From positions 33,101,875 through 33,165,874 of the forward strand of contig NC_068989.1 in NCBI RefSeq assembly GCF_001194135.2: a DNA stretch of 64,000 bases. Reading direction: 5' to 3'. The translations under genes were made by a program, and so were the position numbers. Below are positions 39,504 to 51,897 of the stretch, piece after piece. How positions within the stretch are numbered: the stretch's first letter is position 1; every line of letters starts with the position of its first letter. The notes beneath the pieces were generated by a model, which worked only from the letters and a program-made list of their open reading frames with translations, was not told the DNA's origin and did not search any database. Source of the stretch: Octopus bimaculoides. Its lineage: Eukaryota.

Positions 39504-39791
39504 GACTAAGTCATAATAAGCTAAATCTATATAAGAAAATTTATAAATTTATAAAAATCATCATATACTCACCTGAATATTTTTACATCTAGACCTTACC
39601 AAATCTACTAAAATTAGAACATTTAGGCATTAAGCCTTGTATTTCACTGCTTCTACTAACTGCTGCTTTCCAGCCAGAAGTAGAAAATAAAAGTAAAGTG
39701 AAATGATTGCCAGCAGATTTTAAAATTGTCAGGATTTCATTAATTGCTATTAAATATATAAGAACTGGTAAAAATAGTTTATGATATCTCA

Positions 39792-39983
<192 letters not shown>

Positions 39984-40383
39984 TCATTAAATAACCACTT
40001 ATAAACATTTTATTTGATGAATTAACATTATAACCTCCTCTTACAAAATAACTTTGTAGCCTCTCAGTCAGGGCTACCTCATTTTCATAAATGCAGTCCA
40101 GTATTATATTGAAATCCTTTTCTGAATAGCAATTAATTATAATATAAACAGCTGTGATTTTTAATATTATTATATGTTGTATTCAAGACATTTACAAATA
40201 ATGTCTATGGTTGTAGTTTAAGTGTCCTATATAATATATAAACAAACTAAACAGCAAAACAAGTACTACCCTACCCACAAATGGCCAAAACGGAATTGTT
40301 ATAACCAGAGTGAACATGACAGTTAAATGGATCAAAGCTTTGTTAATACTTGAACCATTGAAAAAAGCTTATATAAGATCAAA

Positions 40384-41560
40384 TACAAGGTCATACTGAA
40401 AAGTTCCTGGCTTTAAGGGTATTGCAAAAAGGTAAAGCCATTACCTTTACAAGGGAGGTAGACAACAATTTAGGAGAAGATAGGCAAAAAATCATGATGG
40501 TATACAATATATCTTTTCCTTTTTTTGTAGATTTAATGCATGATGGCAGCTTCTACAGAAAGTTTTAGTAAGATTGAAGCACAGGTGGTGATGAAGTTCC
40601 TCTTTTTGCAAGGCAGCAGAAATCCATGGTGAGATGAAGGAAGTCTTGAAGATGGCTGCCCATCTTACTCCACAGTGAAAATTTGGGCGTCAAGGTTTTG
40701 GACTGGTCATTTTGAGGTCACAGATGAACCCTAGTCAGGACTGCCAGCTTCTGTGACTACAGAGGACAAAGCTGACATTGTGCATATCATGATTCTCAAT
40801 GACTGCCAGATTTCAGTTAAAGTCATAGCTGAGACTGGAGATTTCCACATCATTCACAATAGTCTGGACATGAGAAAACTTTCTGCAAATTGGGGCTGAA
40901 ATGCCTGAATGCAGATCAGAAGCACATCAGAGTGACAACATCAAAGGTGCAGTTTGCAGAGGGAGAGGCTGATTTTATGGCTCATTTAGTCACTATGGAT
41001 GAAACTAGGCTTCATCATGATCTCCAGACCAAGCAGCAATCAATGGAGTGGTGCCACAGCAGTTCACTGCTGGAAAGACTCTAGCTTCAGTGTTCTGAGA
41101 CAAATACCTGCCAAAGGGTTGCACCATCAATGCAAAATACTACATGTCTCTGTTGAACAAACTGTGTGAAGCTTTGAAGCAGAAACACCATGGAAAGCTA
41201 AGCTGTAGTGTCCTGTTTTTGCAGGACAATGTACCAGCACACACAGCACATGAAACTCTATGGAAAATACATGACTGGCTTCAAATTGGTAGACCACCCA
41301 CCTTACTCTCCTGACTTTCCACAACTGAAAAAACATCTCAAGGGAACGGAATTTCACTCCAATTCAGAAGTGATCACTGCTATAGAGGCCTTGTTGGAGG
41401 CCCAACCTTCCCAGTTCTTTTTACAGGGCTTAAAAACCTGAAGGACTGCTGCAATAAGTGTGTGAATCTGAGAGGGGAATATGTTGAATAAAATCATAAT
41501 TAACTGATCCTCCTGTATTTTCTTTTACCCAAAGCCAGGGAATTCTCAGCAAACTTTTTA
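40384..41560 (+). mobile_element. Mariner transposon relic
   Basis: VTMDETRLHH, LQDNVPAH and DHPPYSPD motifs; TIR cores AAAAGTTCCTGGCTTT / AAAGCCAGGGAATTCTCAGC. Confidence 0.85.
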
Positions 41561-41995
41561 GCACTCCCTTGTATGTAAGTAAGAATAAATCTATTACTTG
41601 GCAACTGACACTATTTTATCATTAGTATGCGAGATAACTCGGGATATTTTATCTTTGTCAGTGGGACTATAATCTCAATATACTTGACAAAATGATGTAA
41701 TAGCTATGTAAATAATCTAAAATAGATATTTGTTAGTGGAAAGACAAAAACTGTTTTAAAACATTTTGTTTTAAAATGAAACAATTTTTAGGTACTGTAA
41801 TAAATATATTCAACATGCAAAATTTACTATGTTACTCTGAAGTTGCCACTCTCTGAACTGCAGGTTTGCACAAACAGAGCTAAGCTTTAAGCTACTACAA
41901 TAACAACTTCCACAAGCAGTAAAATTATGCTGATTGTTTTCACAACAACAATTTTTTCATTCTACTGAGATTACAATCTCTCTTAAGAATATTCA

Positions 41996-42121
<126 letters not shown>

Positions 42122-42292
42122 CTAAAAACAACAAAATCATGTAAGTTGGTGTTATTTTACCTGCACAATAAAAACCAACTGCAGTTATGATCAATTACAA
42201 ATTCATTAAAATCATATTCTATCAGCAAATTATTTATCTGTTTTCTACAAATAGTAAAATAAATGTTTTTTAATCAAAGAATCACAATGCAA

Positions 42293-42378
42293 CTCTGTAC
42301 AGTTCGCCAGTCCTCAGTCAAATCGTCCAACCCATGTTAGCATGGAAAGCGGACGTTAAACGATGATGATGATGATGA
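42293..42378 (+). mobile_element. Young short RTE 3' fragment
   Basis: TCAGTCAAATCGTCCAACCCATGTTAGCATGGAAAGCGGACGTTAAAC(GAT)6, nearly the exact reverse complement of the 5022-5085 end. Confidence 0.85.
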
Positions 42379-42775
42379 TATATATATATATATATATATA
42401 TCGTTTTACTTTAATCAATGCATGCAAACAAGACTTTAAGATACATCATGAACTGAGCTCACTAAATGTTTATTTCTTGTTCTGTAGTTTTGAAAAAGCA
42501 CAGTAAAAATATTAGTATAAATGATATATAACTTTTGCTTACCTAAGCAAACTTCAAGGCATGTTTAATACACGCATACATACATTTAGTATGTAACAAT
42601 TTTTATAAATTTTATAAATGGTAGAGGATAATGCACACAGCTATACTGGTCTGAGAAAAGTTTAATTACAATAACTAATTTGCTTATCACATGCTCTCAT
42701 TAACTTAGATTTTAAATTAAAATCAGTAATAGAAATGGAAAATATTATAATCAGTAACAGCATACAAAAACTTAC

Positions 42776-42904
42776 CCTTTGATATATATCTTTGTCTTCT
42801 AAATATTTGAAAACAGTTATACAGTTGTCAAGTTTCTCATCTAATTCACTTTCAGAAATTCCTTTCGAGCTTTTCTTCAAAAGGTTGTCATTGTATTTGG
42901 CAAG
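42776..42904 (-). CDS. CUL2: Cullin-2 exon (LAKYNDNLLKKSSKGISESELDEKLDNCITVFKYLEDKDIYQR)
   Basis: CAG acceptor 42905-42907, GTAAGT donor; 129 nt phase 0-0; LAKY.DNLLKK and FKY..DKD motifs. Confidence 0.96.
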
Positions 42905-44479
42905 CTGAAAAATTATATATAACATTACAAAGAAAAATTTTCTCAGTTTTATTTTATTATTTGCTGGTGGTACACACACCCAAACATACATTGATACGCA
43001 GTAACAAACATATTTCCTTTTTTATATAGCTATGCAGTTAACTGATATCATTCTCAAAGTAGTGCCCCTACACAACATTCACATTACCAAACCCTACAAT
43101 CCAAAAATAGTAAGTTGGTCAGATGAAGAAAACATTCAATGCCTAATATCATCTGTGATCACCTCCTTGTGGATGATGATGGATGATTCCACCTCCAAAA
43201 TAACTTTGAGGAAACTAAAGATCGTTTATGCATCATATGTGTAAGCCCTCCCAACTTTCAAACTACAGGTAGGTCTTCTGGTCCTATTCTAAGGGATTTT
43301 CTTAACTTCACAGAATCCTCCTATCCTCTACTTCTAAACAGTCTGCTTTTATAAGTGAAAACGTTTGTAGATAAGCCACTGTCTTTGTTTCCTGTTTTTA
43401 TATTGCTACAGCAACTCAGAGAGCCCAACAAGTGTGAGTCCTATCAACAAATAAGGCAGTCTCTCCCACACTGCAATAACTACCAATCTATCACCTTCAA
43501 TTCCAAAGTTTCAAAGGCAACAGAAACAGTTACGATTACTTTCTTTACAACATTGAGTCCCTGAGTTGTTTTACAGAGCTAGACCTATTGAAGACAGGGA
43601 TTATGAGAGGAGGTTCAGCTACATTGATCTGGGGACCAGAGATTCAAGAAGGGGCCTGTGAATCTCTGACAAGGAGAGGTACCCCTTTCACAAGATAGGT
43701 TAGAAAGCAACCTAGTTCTGCCTGGCAAAATATCTCTTACAGGCCCTGACTGAGCAACTTTCACACATATCATATCAGTTATCTGTTGCCTTTAGAACTT
43801 GAGTAAAAAATATATTTGCTTTGCCAGATCTAATGAAGAAATATTCAAATAGCATGAGAGATCTTCAGTGAGACCAAAGCCTTACATTTGAGAAATTGTG
43901 AGGATTCTAGTTGTGTAAGGGATGAGAAATAGTGATGATTTTTTTGATATGAGTAGTGCTTGTGTTGTTTTGCTACTGAAAGAGGTAAAAATGGTACAAC
44001 CTTATTAGAGAATGCTTTAGAGGTCTTTATGCATAGAGTCAGAATAGGAATAACATGACATGTTTACACTGCATGTAGATGATGTTTGAGAGGGAAATAT
44101 TAGGGAAGAATGAAGAATGATATCATCTGTGAAAAAATCCTGGAGAAATTCACCCAACCCCTATCTGGGCAGCATTGTAGATCTTGTCTTTTCCTTAAAC
44201 TGGTACAACACAGCTATAAGTGAACCACTTGGGGAATTTGGAGCTCTGAGATTTTGTGCACAATATAGAGGAGGAGCATGTCTAAGAAAAGGATTTTAGT
44301 TATATGCTTAACTGTTTTGGATGGTTTAGGAGTGAAGCACATGCACTGCCAGAGACAGCACAAAACTAGAAGAGTTTTAATCTAGTGTCTTAGGAGCTGG
44401 GGTGGGGGTGGGGGGTCAGTGTTGTGTTGTATGTGGCTGTGTGCTGGATATTCACAGATGACCAAAATAGTACAAAGAC

Positions 44480-44900
44480 AGCTATGGTCTAGTAGAGATT
44501 TCTTTGTTGCTGATGACATCAGCAAATCCTTCTTCTGACATGTAAAGCTTCAATTTTAGTTTGGCTATCTATGGGCTCCATCCATCATTCATTTCTTGGA
44601 TTGGAATTCTTGGTTGTCTCCTATCAGTTCATGAATGATTATTTTACTGTTACTTCTCATAACACACATTCTTATGCAGATGAAACAACCACTCACTCCT
44701 ACTTTTACACACAAGCATATTTCAAATACAACATAGACACCACAGGCCAAACTTATATTGGTTCCATAAAGAAAAGCCTTCTCAACATCTTCCAGTCGGA
44801 CATAACATAGTCCCATCAACATTTCCAAATGATTGTCACTACACAAAGCAAAGAAACAATCTCACAACACAACATCCCTATTTGCAAAAGGAATGCATGT
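44480..44900 (+). mobile_element. Decayed LINE RT fragment (CR1/L2/Jockey-like); further LINE debris in 43250-44450
   Basis: ORF 44571..44810 contains MNDY..TS.NTHSYADETT.H, resembling INDL..IHSYADDSTLH. Confidence 0.5.
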
Positions 44901-45280
44901 AAATCTTGAAATTAGTTACAAATGCAAAAATCTTCAAAATTGATGTTTAGTCTTAAATATTGCTTAACTGCAGTACAGATTCCAATTTCTTAGCCAGAAT
45001 CAGAAAACATATCAGTCCTGGACAGCTGCTGGCTCAGTACAAAGTAGAAGTGCACAAAAGAGTACAGCATAATATCTGGAATGGCTAGGTTGCTATACAT
45101 ATGCATTGCAGATCATTATTATTGCAATACTAACCAAGTACTTTAATCTCTGTTGTTTTGCAGGACTTAAATTCTAATTCAGTATAGATTAAGAACATTA
45201 TTGTTATATTCAATCCAAGCCACTTGCTCATTTATGAAACAAAAAGAGAGTTAAACATTTAAAAAACTGCATTGACTTAC

Positions 45281-45337
45281 CAATTCTGGAGACTTACATT
45301 CACCTTTAAATTTATTGTTTATTGCAGCAGCACATGC
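45281..45337 (-). CDS. CUL2: Cullin-2 small exon ([19 protein letters not shown])
   Basis: TTGTAG acceptor 45338-45340, GTAAGT donor; 57 nt phase 0-0; ends in CKSPEL, linking ALDK of the upstream exon to LAKY of the next. Confidence 0.92.
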
Positions 45338-45361
45338 CTACAACATAAAATATTTGAATAT

Positions 45362-45452
<91 letters not shown>

Positions 45453-46201
45453 TATATATATATATATGTATATATAAGGTAGAAAGTATGGTGGGTGATT
45501 ACATGTGGTTGAATATATATGGAAAGAAATAAGATGAAAAAACACGGAACATTTGTTTTAAAAGACTAAAGAATATATTAGAATCATAATAGTAAAAGTA
45601 CTATCATTCAATTACAGTAGTAGTTGAATAACATTCTTAAGGCCGTAATTTACTTACATGCAGCAGCTTTCAGAGCTTATTGCTAATTCAGTTCTTAACC
45701 AAATGGAAAACTGTTAACATATTTGAAGAGGACTGGTCCCTAGCTACATTTTGGCATTAAAAAAATTGAGATTAGGTCCAGTAGTAAAAAATTGTAGCAA
45801 TGTTATAGGAGAGTAAGTAATACCACCAATCAAGTTTAGATCTAAGTAACTTTTTTATTTTAAAAGCAAAATATATTTATATTAGGTTCATTGAGAGAAG
45901 ACAGCATGAAGAATCTCATAGTTTTGGTCCCATGCAACAAAAGTTTGTATCAAAAAAGCTGTGAGGTAAAATATCATGAAAAATTATATAAGTAAGGCAA
46001 AAAATTTGATTTAAGTATAATTAACTTTTTTTATTCTAAAAACAAACTATATTTTAATTAAGCTTAAATGATGGCGCTCAATTCGAGGAATTTCATGGTA
46101 TCAATCTCATGCAATGAAATTTTGAAAGAAAAAAGTTATGAGTGTTTTTTTCTCAAATTTGAGGGTGATAATATAGTTCTATACTTTTTAATGAATATAG
46201 T

Positions 46202-49200
46202 TCATCATCATCGTCGTTTAACGTCCGCTTTACATGCTGGCATGGGTTGGACGGTTTGACTGAGGGCTGGCAAGCCACAAGGCTGCACCAGGCTCGAATC
46301 TGACCTGGCAAAGTTTCTATAGCTGGATGCCCTTCCAAACACCAACCACTCTCAGAGTGTAGTGGGTACTTTTTATGTGCCACTGGCACGAGGACCAGTC
46401 AGGTGGTAATGGCATAAACGACACTTGAATGGTGATTTTTATGTGCCACAAGCATGGGAGCCAGTCAGGTGGCACTGGCATCGACCACGCTTGAATGATG
46501 CTTTTTACATACCACCGGCATGGGAGCCAGTCAGGGGCACTGGCATCGAGNNNNNNNNNNNNNNNNNNNNNNNNNNNNNNNNNNNNNNNNNTGGCACTGG
46601 CATCGACCACGCTTGAATGATGCTTTTTACATACCACCGGCATGGGAGCCAGTCAGGGGCACTGGCATCGACCACGCTTGAATGATGCTTTTTACATACC
46701 ACCGGCATGGGAGCCAGTCAGGGGCACTGGCATCGAGCACACTCGAATGGTGCTTTTTATGTGCCACTGGCAAGGGTACCGATCAGGCAGTACTGGCATT
46801 GGCAACGAAAATGACTACACAGTTTATTGCACAATGATTTAATGGTACTCTTAAATGGGCTGGTTATGTGACACTTACACAGGCCACAGTTACGGACTCA
46901 ATTGGCTTGCTGGGTCTTCTTGAGCACAGCATATCTCCAAAGGTTTCAGTCACTTGTCATCGCCTCTGTGAGGTCCAACATTTGAAGGTTGTGCCTCACC
47001 ACCTCATCCCAGGTCTTCCTGGGTTTACCTCTTCCACAAGTTCCCTCAACTGATAGGGTATGACATTTTTACATACAGCTGTCCTCCTCCATATGCAACA
47101 CATGACCATACCAACACAGTCGTCTCTCTTGCACACCACATTTGATACTTCTTATGTCCAACTTTTCTCTCAGGGTGCTTACACTCTGTCGTGTATGCAC
47201 ACTGACATTACACATCCAGTGGAGCATTCTAGCTTCATTCCTTGCAAACTTACACATGTCCTCAGCAATCATGGCCCATGTTTCACTGCCAAGAAGGATA
47301 GCTGTTTGCACACATGCGTCATACAGTCTACCTTTTATGCTGAGCGAAAGGCTCTTTGTCATCAGCAGAGGTAGGAGCTCTCTGAACTTTACCCAGGCTA
47401 TTCTTATTCTAGCATCTACACTTGTAGGAGAATCCACCCCTGCTGCTGACTTGGTCACCTAGGTAACAGAAGTTATCAACTACTTCTAACTTTCCCTCCT
47501 GGCATGTGATGGAAGCTGTTTTCTGTACATTTTCCGTGTTTATTGCCCCTGGGCATTTGGCACACACAAAAACTATCTTCCCAGTTAGTCACCCTTTGAT
47601 ATTGCTGCACCTCTTAGTGGCTATAGCTTACACCGGGTACATCTTATGGAGTTTCTATGCCTTTTCTATAAATTGAGCAGGGCCATCTACCTGCAGGCAT
47701 TTGTGATTTGTCTGCCTTCCTACTTATTAAGACTTTGGGTTTTGCTAGATTGACACTAAGGCCCTTCGATTCTAGACCTTGCTTCCACATCTGAAACTTC
47801 TCCTCTAGTTCTGATAGTGACTCAGCAATTAGAGCAAGGTCATCAGCATAGAGAAGCTCCCAGGGGCATCCTGTTTTGAATTCCTCTGTTATTGCCGGGA
47901 GGACTATGATGAATAAGTGGGGGCAGTGGACTGATCCTTGGTGGACCTCTACCTGGAATTCTTCACTATACTCGTTGCCAACCCTCACTTTACTGGTAGC
48001 ATCCCTGTACATGGCTTGTACAGCTCTCAGCAACCACTCATCTATCCCCAGTTTCCACATTGACCAGCAGATAAGGGATCAAGGGACCCTGTCAAAGGTT
48101 TTTTCCATGTCAATGAAAGCTAGGTATAAAGGTTTATCTTTGGCTAGGTATTTCTCCTGCAACTGTCTTACCAGAAATATAATATCAGTGGTGCTTTTCC
48201 CTGGCACAAACCCAAACTGCATCTAGTCTAAACTAACTCTCTCTCTACTTAGTTGGGCTATGACATTCTCTGTGACTTTCATTACCTGATCCAACAACTA
48301 GATACCTCTGTAATCATTCGTATCTAATGCATCACCTTTACCTTTGGAGCAGTTGACTATAGTGCTGCTAAACTAGCCATTGGGTATGACTCCTTCATGT
48401 ATCACCTGATTGACTATATGGGTGACTAGACTATAGCTGACACCACCAGATATTTTGATCATCTCTGCAGTGATTTCTGATAGGCCGGGTGCTTTCCCTG
48501 TCTTCATACTCTTAATTGTTTTATCTACCAAGGTACTGTCAATTTGGATAGCTGATCCCTCTGTTGGGTCGACGTTCGACAGACTCTCTTTCTCCCAATC
48601 ATTCTCTTTATTGAGCAACCTTTTATAGTGGCATTTCCAAACCTCTCTCTTTGCAGCCTCGTTTAGTGCAAGTGAACCATCATCCATGCAGACACATTTC
48701 TCTCCTACAACACCATGATTCTCTTTCACATGCTGCCTTGCAACACAAAACACCTCAAGTTTTTGGTCCTCATGACACAGAACATTGGCAAATTTTTTCT
48801 TATCTGTTTCCCCTCAGGCTAAGTAAACCTGTCTCCTAGCTTCCCATCTGGCAATCTGATACAATTCCCTGCTACCACCATTCTTCCAGTCCTTCCATGC
48901 CTGTTTCTTTTCCCTAATGGCCCTGTCAACTACATTATTCCACCACCATGTTACCTTGGGTCAGAGAGGGGACTTTGCACCATCCACAGATCTAGTCAGT
49001 AGCCCTCAACAGGTTGTCCCATAGAAACCTCAAGTTGCCTTCCACATCATGTGATCCTGATCCTGAAGTCGCTAACTACTAATCTATGTTGTGGGGTGCA
49101 TTCTTCACCTGGGAAGGTTTTAGCATTTTATAAGTAGCCATCTTTCCCATTTCCTGGCGAGGATGTAGTTAATTTGACTAGTGTGTCCACCAAACCAGTA

Positions 49201-49830
49201 GGTGAATAGGTGACTGGCAGCTTTCCTGAAGTTAGTATTGCAAACCATAAGATCATTTGCATTGCAGAACTCCAGCAGCCTGGTTCCCTCCTCATTGCGG
49301 GAACCAAAACCATAGCCTCCATGTACACCATGGAAGCCCCTTGCATGTTGTCCAACATGCCCATTGAATTCGCCAGCCACAAAGAGAAGGTCCTTGTCAC
49401 TCATCGACAAGGTAGTCTGCAAGAGGGTGTCATAAAATCGGTCTTTCTGTCCATCAGGTAGCCCTGGCTGAGGGGTATAAGCCAAGATAATGGTTGTTAA
49501 TCTATGTTGCAGCACTAATCTAATCTTAAGTATTCTATCACAAACTGACTACCTTGATTACCTTATCAACCCATTTCAAGAAGTATACCCAAGCTTCCAA
49601 CCCTGTCATTGTTCCCTGCCCAGAAAATATTATACCTATGTTCTAGCAGAACTTTCTCTCCACCTTACTTCTTGGATGCAGCACAAATCTACATGTCTCT
49701 GTTCAAGCATCTCAACAATTTCACCAGTGTGCGAACTCTGAGGGTGTGGGAGGTGTGGGCCCGTGAGACCCTGGGATGGGAGACAGCAGCGTCATGTACT
49801 TGAAAAGAAAGCTCGCATTTGGCAGAACTC
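46202..49830 (-). mobile_element. Near full-length degraded RTE LINE (APE + RT + 3' UTR), sense to CUL2
   Basis: APE start GEIVEMLE.RHVDLCCIQEVRW (~49650-49730), AYTPQPG, GEFNGHVG; RT GCPWELLYADDLALIAES; (CAT)n tail at 46202; ~65-bp tandem units at 46430-46760. Confidence 0.94.
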
Positions 49831-50238
49831 ATAAACATACAATAGCCTTCAACCTGCATACACTACACCATCATTTTATGAGCTACATAATCACTACATT
49901 ACATAGGAGATAAACCCTAAGTAGGAATGGGGGAATATTAAGCCTTTGGAGGTGTTCATGGGAAAGACATCTGATAGAGGTCAGAGGATAAAGACTTCTA
50001 GTACAGGTGGTGGGGGTGGGAAGGGCATTCGCACCGTGAAACAGCAAAAACTCAGGCTGCCAGTATGAAAGAATAGTAATGATATTAATGAGATAGAATT
50101 GGGCATTTGCATTCTAGGGGGACTTTTAATATGTCACCAGCATCATTGAGGTAAGGAAAAAATTATCAATGACACCACTAATTGACACATTTGAAACATT
50201 ATTAATTAGCATAATAGCACAGCCTGGAAAAAACATGG

Positions 50239-51132
50239 ATTACATGGAAAAATGTGAGCGAGAGAAATAATATTAAGATTATGAATCTTGAAAAGTACAG
50301 GACAAGTTATTACACTTGGAAAAGTTCAGGACAAGTTATCACATCTGGTAAAGTACAGAACAAAAAAATTTTTACTTAAAATATTGCAAGGATAAAATTT
50401 GAATATAAAAAATTATTTGATTTTAATTTACAAAGTAACATTATAATTAAAAAAGGTACAATCATTTTGTTAAAATATTGACACACTAGAATACTTAAAA
50501 AATGAGAGCCAGAAGCACCAAAAGTACCAATATAGCTAAAGTTTTATGCAATGTAGAATAGTATATATGGTAGGTAAATTCATTGTGTAAAAAATAGGCA
50601 TAGTTCAAGATTAAAAATGTGAAGACTTCACAATAACTTAGGCAATAACTCAAGCAAATTTTACTGTGAATTTGTTGTTATAGGTAGATTTTACTGTAAT
50701 ATGTAATTAAGTTTTGTATCATTCTATTTATTGTACTAACTAATTATATACTACTATTACTTTTTATAACCTATTTGCAACTTTCTAATTATTAATTAAT
50801 AATTTAAAAAATGAATTTTTTTAAAGCACAAAAAATATTTTAATTGAGTTATTTATTATTTTTAATAGAAGTAACAAATAATAACAAATAAGAGTAATAA
50901 CTTGTAATAACATTTTTAGTTTTAATAAAAGCTAATATTTTCTAAATCTAAATATTTTATTTGAAATTTTATCCTTAGCTGCAATATTTTAAGTAAAAAT
51001 TTTCTTTTTCTGTACTTTACCAGATGTTATAAACTGTCCTCAACTTTTCCAGGTGTAATAACTTGTCCTGTACTTTTCCAGATTTATAATCTTAAGAATA
51101 TTATTTCTCTTGTTCGCATTATTCCATGTAAT
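50239..51132. repeat. Long inverted repeat (~185-bp arms 50239-50420 and 50945-51132, ~520-bp AT-rich spacer)
   Basis: Arms align by eye at roughly 85%; each holds 2.5 copies of a ~29-bp subrepeat AAAAGT(A/T)CAGGACAAGTTAT.ACA..TGG. Confidence 0.85.
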
Positions 51133-51134
51133 AC

Positions 51135-51897
51135 AATATTGTACAAAATAAGATTCTTTTCTTCCAACACAATAACCAGTTTCATTATAACTTTTCAAAT
51201 TATGAGTTTTGGATGAATTTCTGAATTAGATGTTTTGTTTGCTAGGGGGAATAATTGGTAATCAAGGTATTTTATAGTAAAGGAGAAGTAAATCTCCAAT
51301 TTTTTATATTGGTCTACATTTGATTCTTACAATAATAGGGGTAAACTTTTAATTTTCAATTTGGGTTTATATTTAATTCCAGCTTATATTTTTCAATAAA
51401 CGAGGCTTCTTTATTTAGTCATACTTGCGTTGAGATCCAAATAGCAAACTGATATAATTGGAAGATTAGGAATTGTAGTTACAGTTGTTCAGCACATCTG
51501 TCAACATAAGGTAGTGCTTTCAGAGAAGGTGCGTTATTGTGTTCAACTTTTCTTAATGTTTTTATGTCAATCGATTTTGCATGTTTAATCCCTCCATTTA
51601 TGAGTTGAATAGGGTAATGTCTGTCCTGGAGTACATTTTTAAGCTCTTGCAATCTTAGTTCTCTGGTTTTTTGGGGTTTTTTCGGATACTATGGTGTAAA
51701 TCCTTCTTCCAAGATTGAAGGGAATATTTGTTTTGATATGTCTCGGGTGGCATGAGCTAAATAATAGATATTGTTTAGTGTCTGTGGTTTTCTAAAAAAC
51801 GTCCATTTATATTTTTTTGGTTTATTTTTTTAACCAGTATGTCTAGGAATTGGTGTTCCTCTTGGTTGTGTTCCATTGTAAATTGGTGTTAATGTTA
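51135..51897 (-). mobile_element. Penelope-like element, 3' part (RT thumb, linker, end of GIY-YIG domain, tail)
   Basis: Reverse translation: NINTNLQ..MEHNQEE.QFLDILV; FRKPTDTKQYLLFSSCHPRHIKTNIPFNLGRRIYTIVS; LNKEASFIEKYKLELN*. Confidence 0.85.

Noticed and set aside
46430-46760. CRISPR-like regular repeats (also 55353-55660)
   Set aside because: Head-to-tail tandem units without unique spacers, inside eukaryotic retroelements, with no cas genes.
51160-51210. Possible second hammerhead in the minus-strand PLE tail (GAAAC-TG-GTT-ATTGTG)
   Set aside because: Only the 3' half fits; the CUGANGA core and stem II cannot be reconstructed convincingly.
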